From Obrimoposthia wandeli (Eukaryota), in the NCBI GenBank assembly GCA_977020255.1, contig CDROCS010002618.1, positions 1 through 64,000 of the forward strand: a DNA stretch of 64,000 bases, given 5' to 3'. The notes under the pieces are model-generated. The model searched no databases, was not told the DNA's origin, and saw nothing but the letters and a program-made list of their open reading frames with translations. Made by a program: the position numbers and the translations under genes. Of this stretch, positions 1-11,335 are shown one piece after another. Positions within the stretch are counted from its first letter, which is position 1; every line of letters starts with the position of its first letter.

Positions 1-1344
1 AACAAATAAATAATTACATATAGAAAATTTATTTTAAGTTGCTATAATAATTTAAGACAATCAAAAGTTTCAAATAAATCACACAGGCGACGGGCAAAAC
101 GTTTATATTTGCCTACAGTTTAAACGCAGTTAAATTTGTTAAAATTTGAACTTTAACAACAAACAAGCATAAAATAAAAAACAAATGTTAAAATAATGAA
201 TTTGGGAAGCAAGTTTTGCTGCAGTTTGTTTTTACAATATACATAAGTAAATTTTAAAATATTTTGCCAATCTTTCCCATATTGATACTTTCCCATGTTG
301 AGCAACATTTGTTTTGAGAAAACCGATTCATTTAAAATGCGGGATATGGGATATTGTGACTGTGACTGAATTTCCTAGTAACTTCTGTAACCTTATTTTG
401 ACATCTATTGAAAGCGGCCCAGACACCCGTGAAATTACATTGTAACTAAGCGATAAGAAACAAATGTTGTATTATTTAAGGATTCGCATTGCCGCGGAGA
501 TTTGCGTGCCCATTTTGGGTTGCCTTTTGAAAAAATTAAAATGTTGCTAAACAAAAAATTGTTGCACAAATTAATTGGAACTTCAAAATAATTCGAGAGA
601 ATCAATTTTTTATTGACAAAATTGTCTAAAATAATTCTGTTTCGTTTGAAATTTTGACTATTTTAGGATCAATTAAACAAAAATTCAATTGTATCGTTTA
701 GTTCACAGTTTCTCTATTTTCATCGATATTTAGCAGTTATAGATGATAAAATGACGGCTCATAAATATCTACCTTATTTGAAATTGATTAATTAATACTC
801 AGGGGTCAGTTACAGGATTATTCCACGGCAGTTAATGTTTATTAATTTTTCTATTTTATAACCTGATAGAATCTCTCATCCACATTACATTTTATTTATC
901 ACTCCTTTAAACAACTTTTCTGATTTTTAAAGTATAATTTTAAATTTATTCGTATGTAATAATTAAACAACAGAGAACAGAAATAGGCTGGGCACAAAAT
1001 GTCTTATATAACCCAATCTATAAACTAACAGAAAAAATTAAATAACTTTAACACTGTTGTATGAAGAGTTGTATTCGGCAGTTTTATTTACATAATAATG
1101 GATAATAAAACTCGTAAAGAAAGTTAATTAAATTGTATGTTACTCTTAACATTTTATTGCGATATCATTCTCATCTTTATGATCATAAAAACAATAAATT
1201 TTCTGTGAGAGAGATCCAATGTCAACTGGCAAAATGGCACAAGAGGCAGCTCTCGCCAACCCCAGAATAACCTTAACCGGCACGTTACCATCGTGAAATT
1301 CACAAATCTTCTCAAAAATAATTGCCACAGAATTTGTTAAAATA

Positions 1345-1808
1345 AATGTGCTAGTGTGGAAGTGTGCTGGTGTATAAATGTGCTAGTGTGAAAGTGTGCT
1401 GGTGTATAATTGTGTTGGTGTGGAAGTGTGCTGGTGTATAAATGTGCTAGTGTGAAAGTGTGCTGGTGTATAATTGTGTTGGTGTGGAAGTGTGCTGGTG
1501 TATAAATGTGCTGGTGTGGAAGTGTGCTGGTGTGAAACTTTGCTGGTGTGTAATTGTGTTGGTGTATATGTTTGCTGGTGTATAAATGTGCTGGTGTGGA
1601 AGTGTGCTGGTGTATAAATGTGCTGGTGTGGAAGTGTGCTGGTGTATAAATGTGCTGGTGTGGAAGTGTGCTGGTGTGAAACTTTGCTGGTGTGTAATTG
1701 TGTTGGTGTATATGTTTGCTGGTGTATAAATGTGCTGGTGTGGAAGTGTGCTGGTGTATAAATGTACTGGTGTGGAAGTGTGCTGGTGTATAAATGTGCT
1801 GGTGTGGA
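1345..1808. repeat. Intronic minisatellite, 16-bp subunits forming 32-bp units (gtgtgctggtgtataaatgtgctggtgtggaa) with higher-order repetition
   Basis: Directly visible tandem array; produces the repetitive HTSTPAHLY tail of ORF 1383..2078, which is not real coding sequence. Confidence 0.95.
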
Positions 1809-1814
1809 ACTTAC

Positions 1815-2027
1815 CTCGTAACTAAAATAGCCCAGGTACTGAGGCAAGAAAGTGCGCGGATTCTGATGAAGGTTGAGGTAGTACTGGGGCAGAAGATGCA
1901 CCAGGAACTGTCCCTCCTTGCGAGTCACCGTCTTCAACACGAACCGGCCGTCTGCACTGTGGAAGAAAATTGAGCCACTCGCCCCGGGGTTTGGCTGCTC
2001 CAACAGAGACTCGCCGCACAGCGACTC
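1815..2027 (-). CDS. PIP5K1: Single exon of a type I phosphatidylinositol-4-phosphate 5-kinase
   Basis: ESLCGESLLEQPNPGASGSIFFHSADGRFVLKTVTRKEGQFLVHLLPQYYLNLHQNPRTFLPQYLGYFSYE matches the PIP5K core (NPGASGS, IKT, YxNLxQNPRTLLP). Bounded by acceptor cccag and donor gtaagt; 213 nt. Confidence 0.88.
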
Positions 2028-2429
2028 CTGGGCACGAATGTAAGATGTCACTCCGTATCCCCGTTGCAGCCGTGTCACTCTACCTCACCCTTCCTCAACC
2101 TATCCCAACGCCATCTAATCTATGCCTTTGTAATTCAGATACTCGTAACTAAAATATTTAAATATGTTTAGGTTGAATGTCCATTTTTCGACGAGAATAT
2201 TACCCCTCTCTCTAGCTTGCTCAATAGCAGATATTTGACAAAACAATAAACGGATCCAATGTTATTTGAATAAATCTCAACTTTCAACGTTTTATGTAAA
2301 TCGACACAAATTGTTTATTTAACATTGCCAGTTACAAAATATTTTGATGCTTATTATAATCAGAGCGATTCAAGAGGTTGTGATTATGTGGGCACATTCG
2401 GATATATCTTCCGGATTAGAAAATTTGAT

Positions 2430-2610
2430 TGAATGCCAACGAACCTTCCACATAAACTGATTCATCGCGTGCAAACCATTCTGAACAAATCAGTACGATT
2501 AATTTTAAAGTAATTAAAATTGAATCAGTGAGCAACCTTGAAAAACTTCATTGGCTTCCTATAAGAGCGTATATGGAATATAAAGCTAATACGCTAACAC
2601 AAAATTCCTT
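2430..2610 (+). mobile_element. Decayed C-terminus of an L2/CR1/Crack-type LINE ORF2
   Basis: With one frameshift reads NLPHKLIHRVQTILNKSVRLILK..SNLEKLHWLPIRAYMEYK, matching the LQxxQNxAARL...LHWLPxxxRIxYK signature of this clade. Confidence 0.7.
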
Positions 2611-3060
2611 ATTGTATTGTTAGAAGCATTTCATAAACAAAAAGCTCTACGAAAGAATGACGAGAAAAGCAAAGGAGCAAATATTATACTAAAAAAGCTA
2701 TATAATATGTTGCCTCGTCGAAATACCAAGAATTTACAAACCTACAAAAGGACTTTTGATAACTTTCCTCTTTAGATATGCTGCAGTGAAGAAACATTTA
2801 AGAAGGATAAAGAAAGTTCAGCAATTCTGAATATCTTATATATTAAATCTCTCTTTCGATACCCGTCCATCGTGGAACTTGAACACTCTGTAACTCTTTA
2901 CATTGCGAAAGCCAAGATGTAATTCATTCTTTAGTTCTCCTTCAACTGATCATCCTAAGTAATCCAACCCATCCAACCATATCTGTTGCATTAGCATATT
3001 TACCTTTATAATAAAAGAACTTACGAACCCTAAAAGGGTCAAACTCTATAGACAAGATAC

Positions 3061-6030
3061 TTAGAAATTCTCGCTTACTGATATTTGTACCATACTCCAC
3101 TTTTGTTTTAGACGTAAAATAATCTTCTTGAGGATCCCGCTGAATTCCTTATGTTTTACTTGACGAACTTCGTCTTCTATTCTTAATACTTTCGCTTGAT
3201 CTGATATGGGAATCAGTTTGTTAATCTCGTCGCTACTTGTCATCGACTTTTTGGCTTCAATCTTCGCTCCTTTCCATATTTATTTTACTTCTGTCATTGT
3301 GCTTTTGGCCAGGTCTTCCTTGTCTACTGAACACATTGTGTCATCCATAGAAGTATTTTTCAACATCAGTTTTGCACTTTCTGGGTATTTATTTATGTAA
3401 TTTTCTGCATTTTCCCTCGATACCATTTGTGCTAAAAATGGTGATACATTTAGACCGAAACCACTCGTTCATATTCATAAGTTGATGTATTTCCTTCTTT
3501 ATCGTTCCATAAGAAACATAACCATTTTCGATCTGAACTATCTACTTTTACTTGCAAATACATTTCCGTCACATCGCAAACCAACGCAATCTTCTTTTTT
3601 CTGAATCTAAGAAGGATTCCATCAAATCTCCCTGTAGCTTTGTCCTGCTATCAATGAAATCGTTCAAACATTTACCACAATCTTTTGCTGCTGCATCAAA
3701 CACTGTTCTTACCTTAGTCGTATTTCTATCCCACTTTATTACTGGAAAAGGCGGGTAAATACCCTCGTGTCTCCTTTGTATCTTCTTTCTTAAGTTTTCT
3801 TATATACCCTTTATCTACTTGGTCATGAATAATCTTTGCATACTCTTCCGCTCATTCATTATCTTTCCTTACTCAAACTATTTTGTAAACTTTGCAATAT
3901 TCTTATTTCCGTTTGTTCGTTAGCCTGAAGATCTGCAATTCTTCTTTCCATGGAATTTAACTACATACCTTCCTTCTTCCACTACCATATCTTTTACACT
4001 GCTTTCATAATTTTATTTTTCTGTTTTAGTCATCATTTTGTTTCGTCGAAAATATTTTGCACCTCCCAAAATCGACGTAATTGACAATTTAATTCCATGT
4101 TACTCAAATAACTTTTGATAAAGTTTGTTTGATTTTCGTGTGTCGTACCCAAGTCTGCTTCACCTACACATGTCCATCCTAACGGTGTCCTTCGCGCTAT
4201 CAGTTCATTCGACATTCCCCATAGTTCTTCAATACATTTATGCATTTCATGTAAATCTGCTCCTATTAGCATTTCTACTTTCTTTCCGTTATTGCTTATC
4301 GGGAACTTGATATCTTGTAGATGTTTCCATCTCTTATTGATATTGTTTCAGTCTACTACTCGTAAATCCCCCGTTACTTATTTTATCGCTAGTGCATGTA
4401 CCCTCCTGAATGATTTTCCAAAATTTTGAATTATAAAGGATATCTTTTTGCATTCTAAGTTCTTCATTAGACTACCAATCACTCCTACTGGAGTTGTCAT
4501 TTCTTCCCCTTCCAAGCCTAATCGGCAGCTGCTTTGCTAATGTAACTTACAGTGCTTGCATCAGCCAATAATGCATTAATTTCCTTCCATCCGTTCTTCA
4601 TGATTACTGGCACAGTCCTTAACATCACAGTTAACTTGGTATCAACGTGTAAATTTGTTTCATATTTCAATCCATTATTCTTTACATGTAATAACCAATT
4701 CTGTTTGGTTTTACATCCATCGATCTTACATAGTGGATCTTTTCTGCACTCTTTGACACAGTGCCCTGGTTTTAGGAAGTTACTACACAGCTTCTTCTGC
4801 TTAACTGCTTTCCATCTTTCTTCCGTATTCATATGCTTAAACTTGAAACATTGATCGGTATAATAATGTGCTTATCCACAATTATGACATTTTTCCATAC
4901 TTCGGGAGCCGTTTTTGCTCGTGCTGGATTTGCCTTTGGTTGATATGGTGGCAATGTTGTTTTTGATTGTTCTTGACCTATGTTCCCTGGCTCGATGCTA
5001 TAACATACTCATTTTCTGGTATCTGTTCGCCCTTGATTATATTTGTCGGTTTTGAAAACTCTTTCTCCTTGGTCAGGTTTTCTTTTCGTTTCCTGACATA
5101 CCTCTTCTGCTTCCCTTAAATCATCCGTCTTTTTATTGGGTTCATTTCAGCATTTCCTTCATTGAATCTTCTTCCACGTCTTCTCTTCTTCCAACTCCTG
5201 TCCACTCTAGAATAGCTTGACGATGTAACTTTTGCAAGAATGTCTGATATAAGTAACTATCCCCCGCATCCCCATTCTTGTTTAAATTATTTAACTTCAA
5301 TAATGTTCTCTCTAACAACTCACTAAACTTTTCGAATTCCTTAACTTCATCGCATCGTATTGCTTGGAAGATATGAACTTCATTGATGATATTTCTGTAA
5401 CTTCTTTCGTTACCCCCATACCTTTGATCTAATCTTTCTAACGCAGTGTCTTAGGCTTTTGATGACTACCCTAAATTCTCAATTATCTTGAGGGTTCCTG
5501 GTCCTAAACATGGTCGCAGATGTAAAAGCTTGCTTACCTTTTCGGCGTTTACTTTTCCGATTAATACAATAAACATTGCTTTCCAGTTCTCGAATGTTGC
5601 ACTATAACCATTAAATGTAGGCAACGTTAACCTATTTAATTCTGCGAACTCATGTTTCTTGCTTTGCACTTTGCTATGATTATCTTCCCATGTAACATTA
5701 TTTGATGTAGAAGCTTTTCTGTTGTCTATATCTGCTTGCAATGATTCTTCTGACAATCTACCTACTTCGTCATGCAATCGTGGTATTTCTTCTTATTCTT
5801 TTTCTAATTCCTCAGCCTTTTCATCCTCTTCTAATTGTATTGCACTTAAACGATCTGTAACTTTTAGAAAGGTATCTTCATACTCCTCTAATTTTTCTTC
5901 GGCATTTTACTGTATCTTATGGCTTGTAATGTTAAGTTACGACACTTAGTTAATTGCGCCTTTTCGTATCGTTTGTTTGCTAAGGCAATCTCTAGCTCTT
6001 TTCCTTTTTCATAGTATGTTACTTCCTTTA
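3061..6030 (-). mobile_element. Degenerate, internally deleted BEL/Pao LTR retrotransposon (gag - protease region - RT - integrase tail)
   Basis: DUF1759-like LNRLTLPTFNG (5466-5777); zinc knuckle ERWKAVKQKKLC..GHCVKEC (4518-4832); LIGAD..RTPLGWTCVG..LRRFWE (4033-4272); RT TTKVRTVFDAAA..ILLRFRKKKIALVCD..SPFLA..SMDD (about 3250-3770); then a jump to integrase C-terminal EDEVRQVK near 3185. LTRs not identified. Confidence 0.88.
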
Positions 6031-6464
6031 CTTGTATCAAGTGAACTATTGTTCCGCTTGAATACTATTTTCCTATAAGGTCCCTTCTTAATCTAACTGC
6101 TCTCCACTTAACATGAACTTTTCCTCATTGATGGGAACCTTCCCAATCATAAATCCTATCTTTTATTGATTCAATCGTGACCTCTAAGTCTTATTCTATG
6201 TTTATTTTTTACCTGTCAGTGTTTTAATCACAATGTTAACACCTCTCCTTAACCTTAATAATACCTGTATTGTAGCCCCACTTTTTATTCCATATTCACT
6301 TAAACTATTATTATTGAGCCTCTTGCCTCATATAATAAAAGTTGTGCTCTAGAGTTTATTCTTTCTATAAACATTACCAAATCTTGTATTTCTCTTATGG
6401 TACACCTTGGTGCTACCGACAACAAACTTGTCTTACCTGTGAATGTTTTAATACATATTTGCAT
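6028..6464 (-). pseudogene. Two tandem ubiquitin/NEDD8-like domains (frameshifted) immediately 5' of BEL/Pao gag
   Basis: Ubl1 6464-6241: MQICIKTFTGKTSLLSVAPRCTIREIQ..QLLLY[fs]GKRLNNNSLSEYGIKSGATIQVLLRLRRG. Ubl2 6240-6028: VNIVIKTLTGKK..TIESIKDRIYDWEG[fs]VPINEEKFMLSGEQLD*EGTL*ENSIQA[fs]GTIVHLIQV. Confidence 0.85.
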
Positions 6465-7199
6465 TTTATTTAATTTAGACTTAAAATAACTCGAAAACTT
6501 TTTATTAAGCAAAAAACATCCTTTGTCTCTTCCCACAATAAGTCTTGTAACTCTCACCCTTTTACCCTCATACACCCAACCGGCTCCTCTTTGTATGTCC
6601 TCTGCCGCAAACTCTGTCGTTTTAATCTGCTGTTCTTCTGATATCTTCTGTTTCAGTTCTTGGTGCGATTCCCCTCGGCATGTCAACCTCCATATTCTTT
6701 CTTTTGTCTTCCATTCTTACACTCATCATCCTCGGCTCCTTTTCCCCAATTTCCTTTTCTTGAATAAATCATCCACCTTTTTAATATCTTCCATCTGCTC
6801 TTATTCTTGGCATATTTTTCCTTAGCTCCCTGAGCATCTCATTATTCCATGCCGTGGTGTCTATTTCTTCTAATATCCTCTCATCATGTTTCTTTTCTGC
6901 TCGGCCTATAAGCCATATGCTAATAACTGACTTCACACCTATCGATTTTTCGGTTCTTATTTATTCGGTTCAACAGAAACTATCTCTTGCAGTGAATCTG
7001 CCAACAACTAGGTAGTCTTTTATACGTGAGCAGTGCTCCCCTTCGACCCTCCCATTGCTCTGCGGATTCAAAACAATCGAATCACAATTATTTAATTTAT
7101 CACTAGTTAGATCACAGGTTCGATCGCAAATGTTATCATCAGTCATTGTCGCATCAGTCAAGCTGCGGAATCCAACAAGTTCTGTCGCCGTCTTCCTCG

Positions 7200-7345
7200 T
7201 TTCTACCAGTCATACAGGGATTTTCTTTCTGACCTTCTTTCATCCGTGAAACACAATCTCCGAAGTCGGCCAATCCATCACCGGTTGATGTAGAATGATA
7301 TCTCAACATTTCATTTAACCTTTCTCTGTTCACCCCAAGAGGTTC
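7200..7345 (-). pseudogene. HSP90: Hsp90 middle-domain fragment
   Basis: LGVNRERLNEMLRYHSTSTGDGLADFGDCVSRMKEGQKENPCMTG matches the Hsp90 LRYHSxxSGDExxSLxDYVxRMKEGQKxIYYITG motif; isolated and diverged. Confidence 0.72.
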
Positions 7346-9489
7346 ACCTTCGCCATCCACAACACTTTTTTCAGACACCCTGGCTTAATATTTTCAATTT
7401 CATCAATTTTAAGAACCGTGCTGTCTGAACTTCTTTGGCTCTTAATATCACTACATTTCTCTTGAACCACACTCTGCTACCATGTTTTCACAAAAAATCA
7501 TAATTCATAACCATTACTTTTATTCACGAACTTTTACCACCATTATTTTAGAAAAATTTACTTTAAGCATCTTTTGATGTATTAAAAATCTTTTTGACCT
7601 TGAAGGTCGTTAGCTTTTAATTTTTATTATTTTACAATATAATGTATAATTAAACTTTTTTTTTCATTTTGAAGCCAATGCAATTTCTAAAACATTTTAT
7701 TAATCCTCTAATAAATAGTTAAGGGTATTTTTGTAATAGTTTTTAACGTTTTTGTTTGCGTTAAAATATATTTATAATTAAAATTATGTTTTTAGTGTGT
7801 ATACATTTAGATAGATCTAATCCATTACATTTTGGTCATTATTTTTACCATAAACTCAAAATAAAGGTTGCTAGAGAGATTTGGTGACGTTCTTTAAGAG
7901 AGTTGTTTCAATTAATGAAGATGTCGTAACATTCTGCTACATGAATCTCTTCCTCTGTAGGAATAACTTGCTAAACCAGACCTACCGATCACTCAGAGAA
8001 GATCCCGGAAGAGACAGATAAGTCGGAGCTTGTTCGTGTCTAACACGGAGGAAGAAAAGAGATGGATGTTGACTCGTCAGTCAGGACTAGACAATGGGCT
8101 CGCAAATATTTGGCAGCGGCTACAGCAAACAATCTCGGATGCCAGCCACATCCTTCTTTCCCCCTAGAGCCTGGAATTTGCCTTTTCCCCTTGCAATTTC
8201 CTGTACTCATCACTAACGGCAACAAGGATGGCAACCCCCACACAGACGCTACCTCCTGCGGAAACTTCCCAGCAAAGATATTCTAGTTGTTAACAAATAA
8301 TTGAGCTATTGTGTTCTTTGCCCTTTACATTTTGTGTGTTTCATGATGCAGTTGAAATTTTCATGATTTTTAACTTTCCTTAATTTAACGTATTTAGATT
8401 TGGAATTTTATTGTAAGGGACAAAGATTCAAAAGTGTAAGTTATATTCTCAACTTTATAATGAACTGCTGATATGAGAAAGTATCGTTAAGTATGAGAAG
8501 AAAAAAACAGTTCCCATGGTCGGTAATTGAACCATGGATCTCAATACGAGCTTGTCGTGGATTCTACAATGGAACTAAGATCTCTCTAGTTAACCCAACT
8601 AAAAATTTCTGGTTGGGATAATGTATTTATAATTTGTAAGTAGAATTATTGTCAAATATTTTAACGATAACCATCAAGTGTAGAGTGACATCTTGGTAAT
8701 AATAATCGAGTTAAATGAAGAAAATTCATCTGATAGAAGAAATCCGATTTGATCCGAGGTGAGGATCTGGACTCAGTTTACGAAAACAGAAAATGTATTA
8801 AAACGTTATTTAATGTAAAAATGTTCAAAATTCTTTAAATTCACGGCCTTAACACAAATTTAACATAATCTCTAAAAACATTTGTGATACAGTTTTACCC
8901 CAATATGACAACTTACATCTAAAATAGTTCGTCTACAAATTTTAGGAATTATGTTGGAATGCTATTTTTCACTTCCAATTTTTGCTAATTAGCAAGCGTA
9001 ACATTTATAGAGAAAACATGCTGGGAATCTGGAATGACTGTATTTGCTCATCACCTTTGGACTTAACGACGTTTGGCAGAGGATATCGGGCAATTTTCTC
9101 AACTCCCAGAGGAGTAATTTCTTCTTCCTTTTTGTCCATCTTTAATTTCAAATCTAATATAATACACATTTCACGAATAATTAATAATGTTGATGCATTA
9201 AAACAAATCATTCATCCCAATTTAACTTCTCTAAATATTAAAAAATTCAAATATTTATGAAAATGTTAATTTTTATAATTTCTTATGTTTATCATTCAAA
9301 GCTGCTAAATTCCTGTAAGAAATAAACATTATGAACTAAACAATTAAATTAAATATGTTTAAATCCTGAAAATTTCACACGAAACTGGATTTTAAAGAAT
9401 TACCTTTTTACAATTATGTATGTAGATTGTACTAATAAATATACTATGGAATGTTTTTCTTATAAAACTGAAGTTTACAATTATTTCAT

Positions 9490-11335
9490 AATAATGTTAG
9501 GTAATAATTTTATTCTCTATTCAGGATTCAGTTTGACCAGTGCCTTCAAGTCACTACTCCCAAATCCAGCTTATCCTAATATCATCCCGCCCAAGATTGA
9601 GCTCATCCAATATTCTGAAACGTACAGTCTTTTACCAAGGGTATTAGAGCTGGGATGACCTTCGTCAGACAACACCACATCAAGGCGAAGAATGGCAATA
9701 CTATATAGATATTATTAATCTTTTTGGGTGGGCTATGTCCCAGTTTTACTCATAGCATATTTTTAGTGGATTTATGATCCGATTGAACTCACCAACATTG
9801 TCAACAAATTTGGCTCTATGGATTTGACCACATCTAAATATGCACATTTATTTGAAGTATATCTATCTATTCCTGATAATATACATACCTTTCTTGCCGA
9901 TCTCTCCTCGGTTTCTATTAAACAGTGTCCGCCTAGTTGTAAAGTTCCTAAGCTTTTGCCAACTCATTACCCGAAAAAGCATTATGTTATTCACTCACGA
10001 CTTTTAGAATTTGATGGGGGTCTTGGAGCAAAAATATATAAAGTTAATAGTGCAATGAGTTTTAATCAAAATATTGTTTTAGTAGAGTATATTGACTCTA
10101 ATTCACGCAAGCCATCTGCTGTTACAGAAGATTTTGACTCTAATTCACGCAAGCCATCTGCTGATACAGAAGATTTTGACTCTAATTCACGCAAGCCATC
10201 TGCTGCTACAAAAGATTTTGACTCTAATTCACGCAAGCCATCTGCTGCTACAGAAGATTTTGACTCTAATTCACGCAAGCCATCTGCTGCTACAGAAGAT
10301 TTTGACTCTAATTCACGCAAGCCATCTGCTGCTACAGAAGATTTTGACTCTAATTCACGCAAGCCATCTGCTGTTACAGAAGATTTTGACACTAATTCAC
10401 GCAAGCCATCTGCTGCTACAGAAGATTTTGACTCTAATTCAAGCAAGCCATCTGCTGCTACAGAAGATTTGACTCTAATTTACGCAAGCCATCTGCTGCT
10501 ACAGAAGATTTTGACTCTAATTCACGCAAGCCATCTGCTGCTACAGAAGATTTTGACTCTAATTCACGCAAGCCATCTGCTGTTACAGAAGATTTTGACA
10601 CTAATTCACGCAAGCCATCTGCTGCTACAGAAAATTTTGAAAAATTAAAGGTTGATTCGCTTTTTGGTAAGTTAATTGAAAATATTTTCAAGCGTTTAAA
10701 CCTCCGAATTTGTTATTTACTTTTACTAGCAAAGCTCAATTTAGAAAATCGATTGAGATAGACGACGATTTAGTTGCAGTATTATTAAATAAAGAGTTAG
10801 TATGTTTAGATCGTCCTTCTTATATTGGCCAAGCCGTATTAGACCTAAGTAGACTTCGTATATATCAGCTGCAGTTTGTAGAGTTGGAGAAGTATCGTTA
10901 CCAATTTGATAGTGATTTCCGAATGCTGGCTGGTGACACTGACAGTTTCTTCTTAAGCTGTCGAAATGCCGCTTTCCCAGATCAACTTTTACCGGCTATG
11001 ATAGCAAATGGTTTATTACACACGTCAAAGTTTCCAAAAACTCATCCACTATATACTAGAGCGAACACTCCCATAGGGAAGTTTAAGGATGAAAGTAAAA
11101 GGGTTAAGATTTTTAGCGAATGTATATATATATGCTGACACAGAAAAGCTCAGAATCCATGAAGCACGAGACATATAAGTAGGTCTACAATAAAGAGAGT
11201 GAGTTCACCAGCGCCGGTTCCAGTCCATCAACCATCAGCTGTTTACCATAGTCTCTTCCTAGGTCGCATTAAGTAACTACGAAACAAGCAAGAACGAGTC
11301 AGCAGCATATGGACATTTTTGGCATCCTGACTGAT
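9490..11335 (+). mobile_element. polB: Maverick/Polinton-type protein-primed PolB, C-terminal half, disrupted
   Basis: GIRAGMTFV..YIDIINLFGWAM (motif A), KVDSLFGKLIEN (motif B), AGDTDSFF (motif C), IGKFKDE, and C-terminal NHQLFT..AYGH; homologous to the minus-strand PolB copies; several stops and frameshifts. Confidence 0.9.
10094..10639 (+). repeat. 42-bp tandem repeat (13 copies, DSNSRKPSAATEDF) inside PolB just before motif B
   Basis: Units start at 10094, 10136, 10178 and so on; a 1-bp deletion near 10470 shifts the frame. Confidence 0.95.

Noticed and set aside
1146-1328. 60-aa ORF as the next PIP5K exon
   Set aside because: Lacks the expected downstream PIP5K motifs (MNN, YDLKGS); unrecognised.
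1383-1814. His/Thr-rich C-terminal half of ORF 1383..2078 and Chi-like GCTGGTGT octamers
   Set aside because: Read-through into an intronic minisatellite past a canonical donor; Chi is bacterial and the match is imperfect.
8511-8584. tRNA-like sequence on the minus strand (GGTTCAATT B-box-like, followed by a T-run)
   Set aside because: Acceptor and T stems do not pair; at best a decayed tRNA-derived SINE.
10066-10691. Alternative-frame and antisense repeat ORFs (LTLIHASHLLLQKI; SSVAADGLRELESK)
   Set aside because: By-products of the 42-bp tandem repeat.
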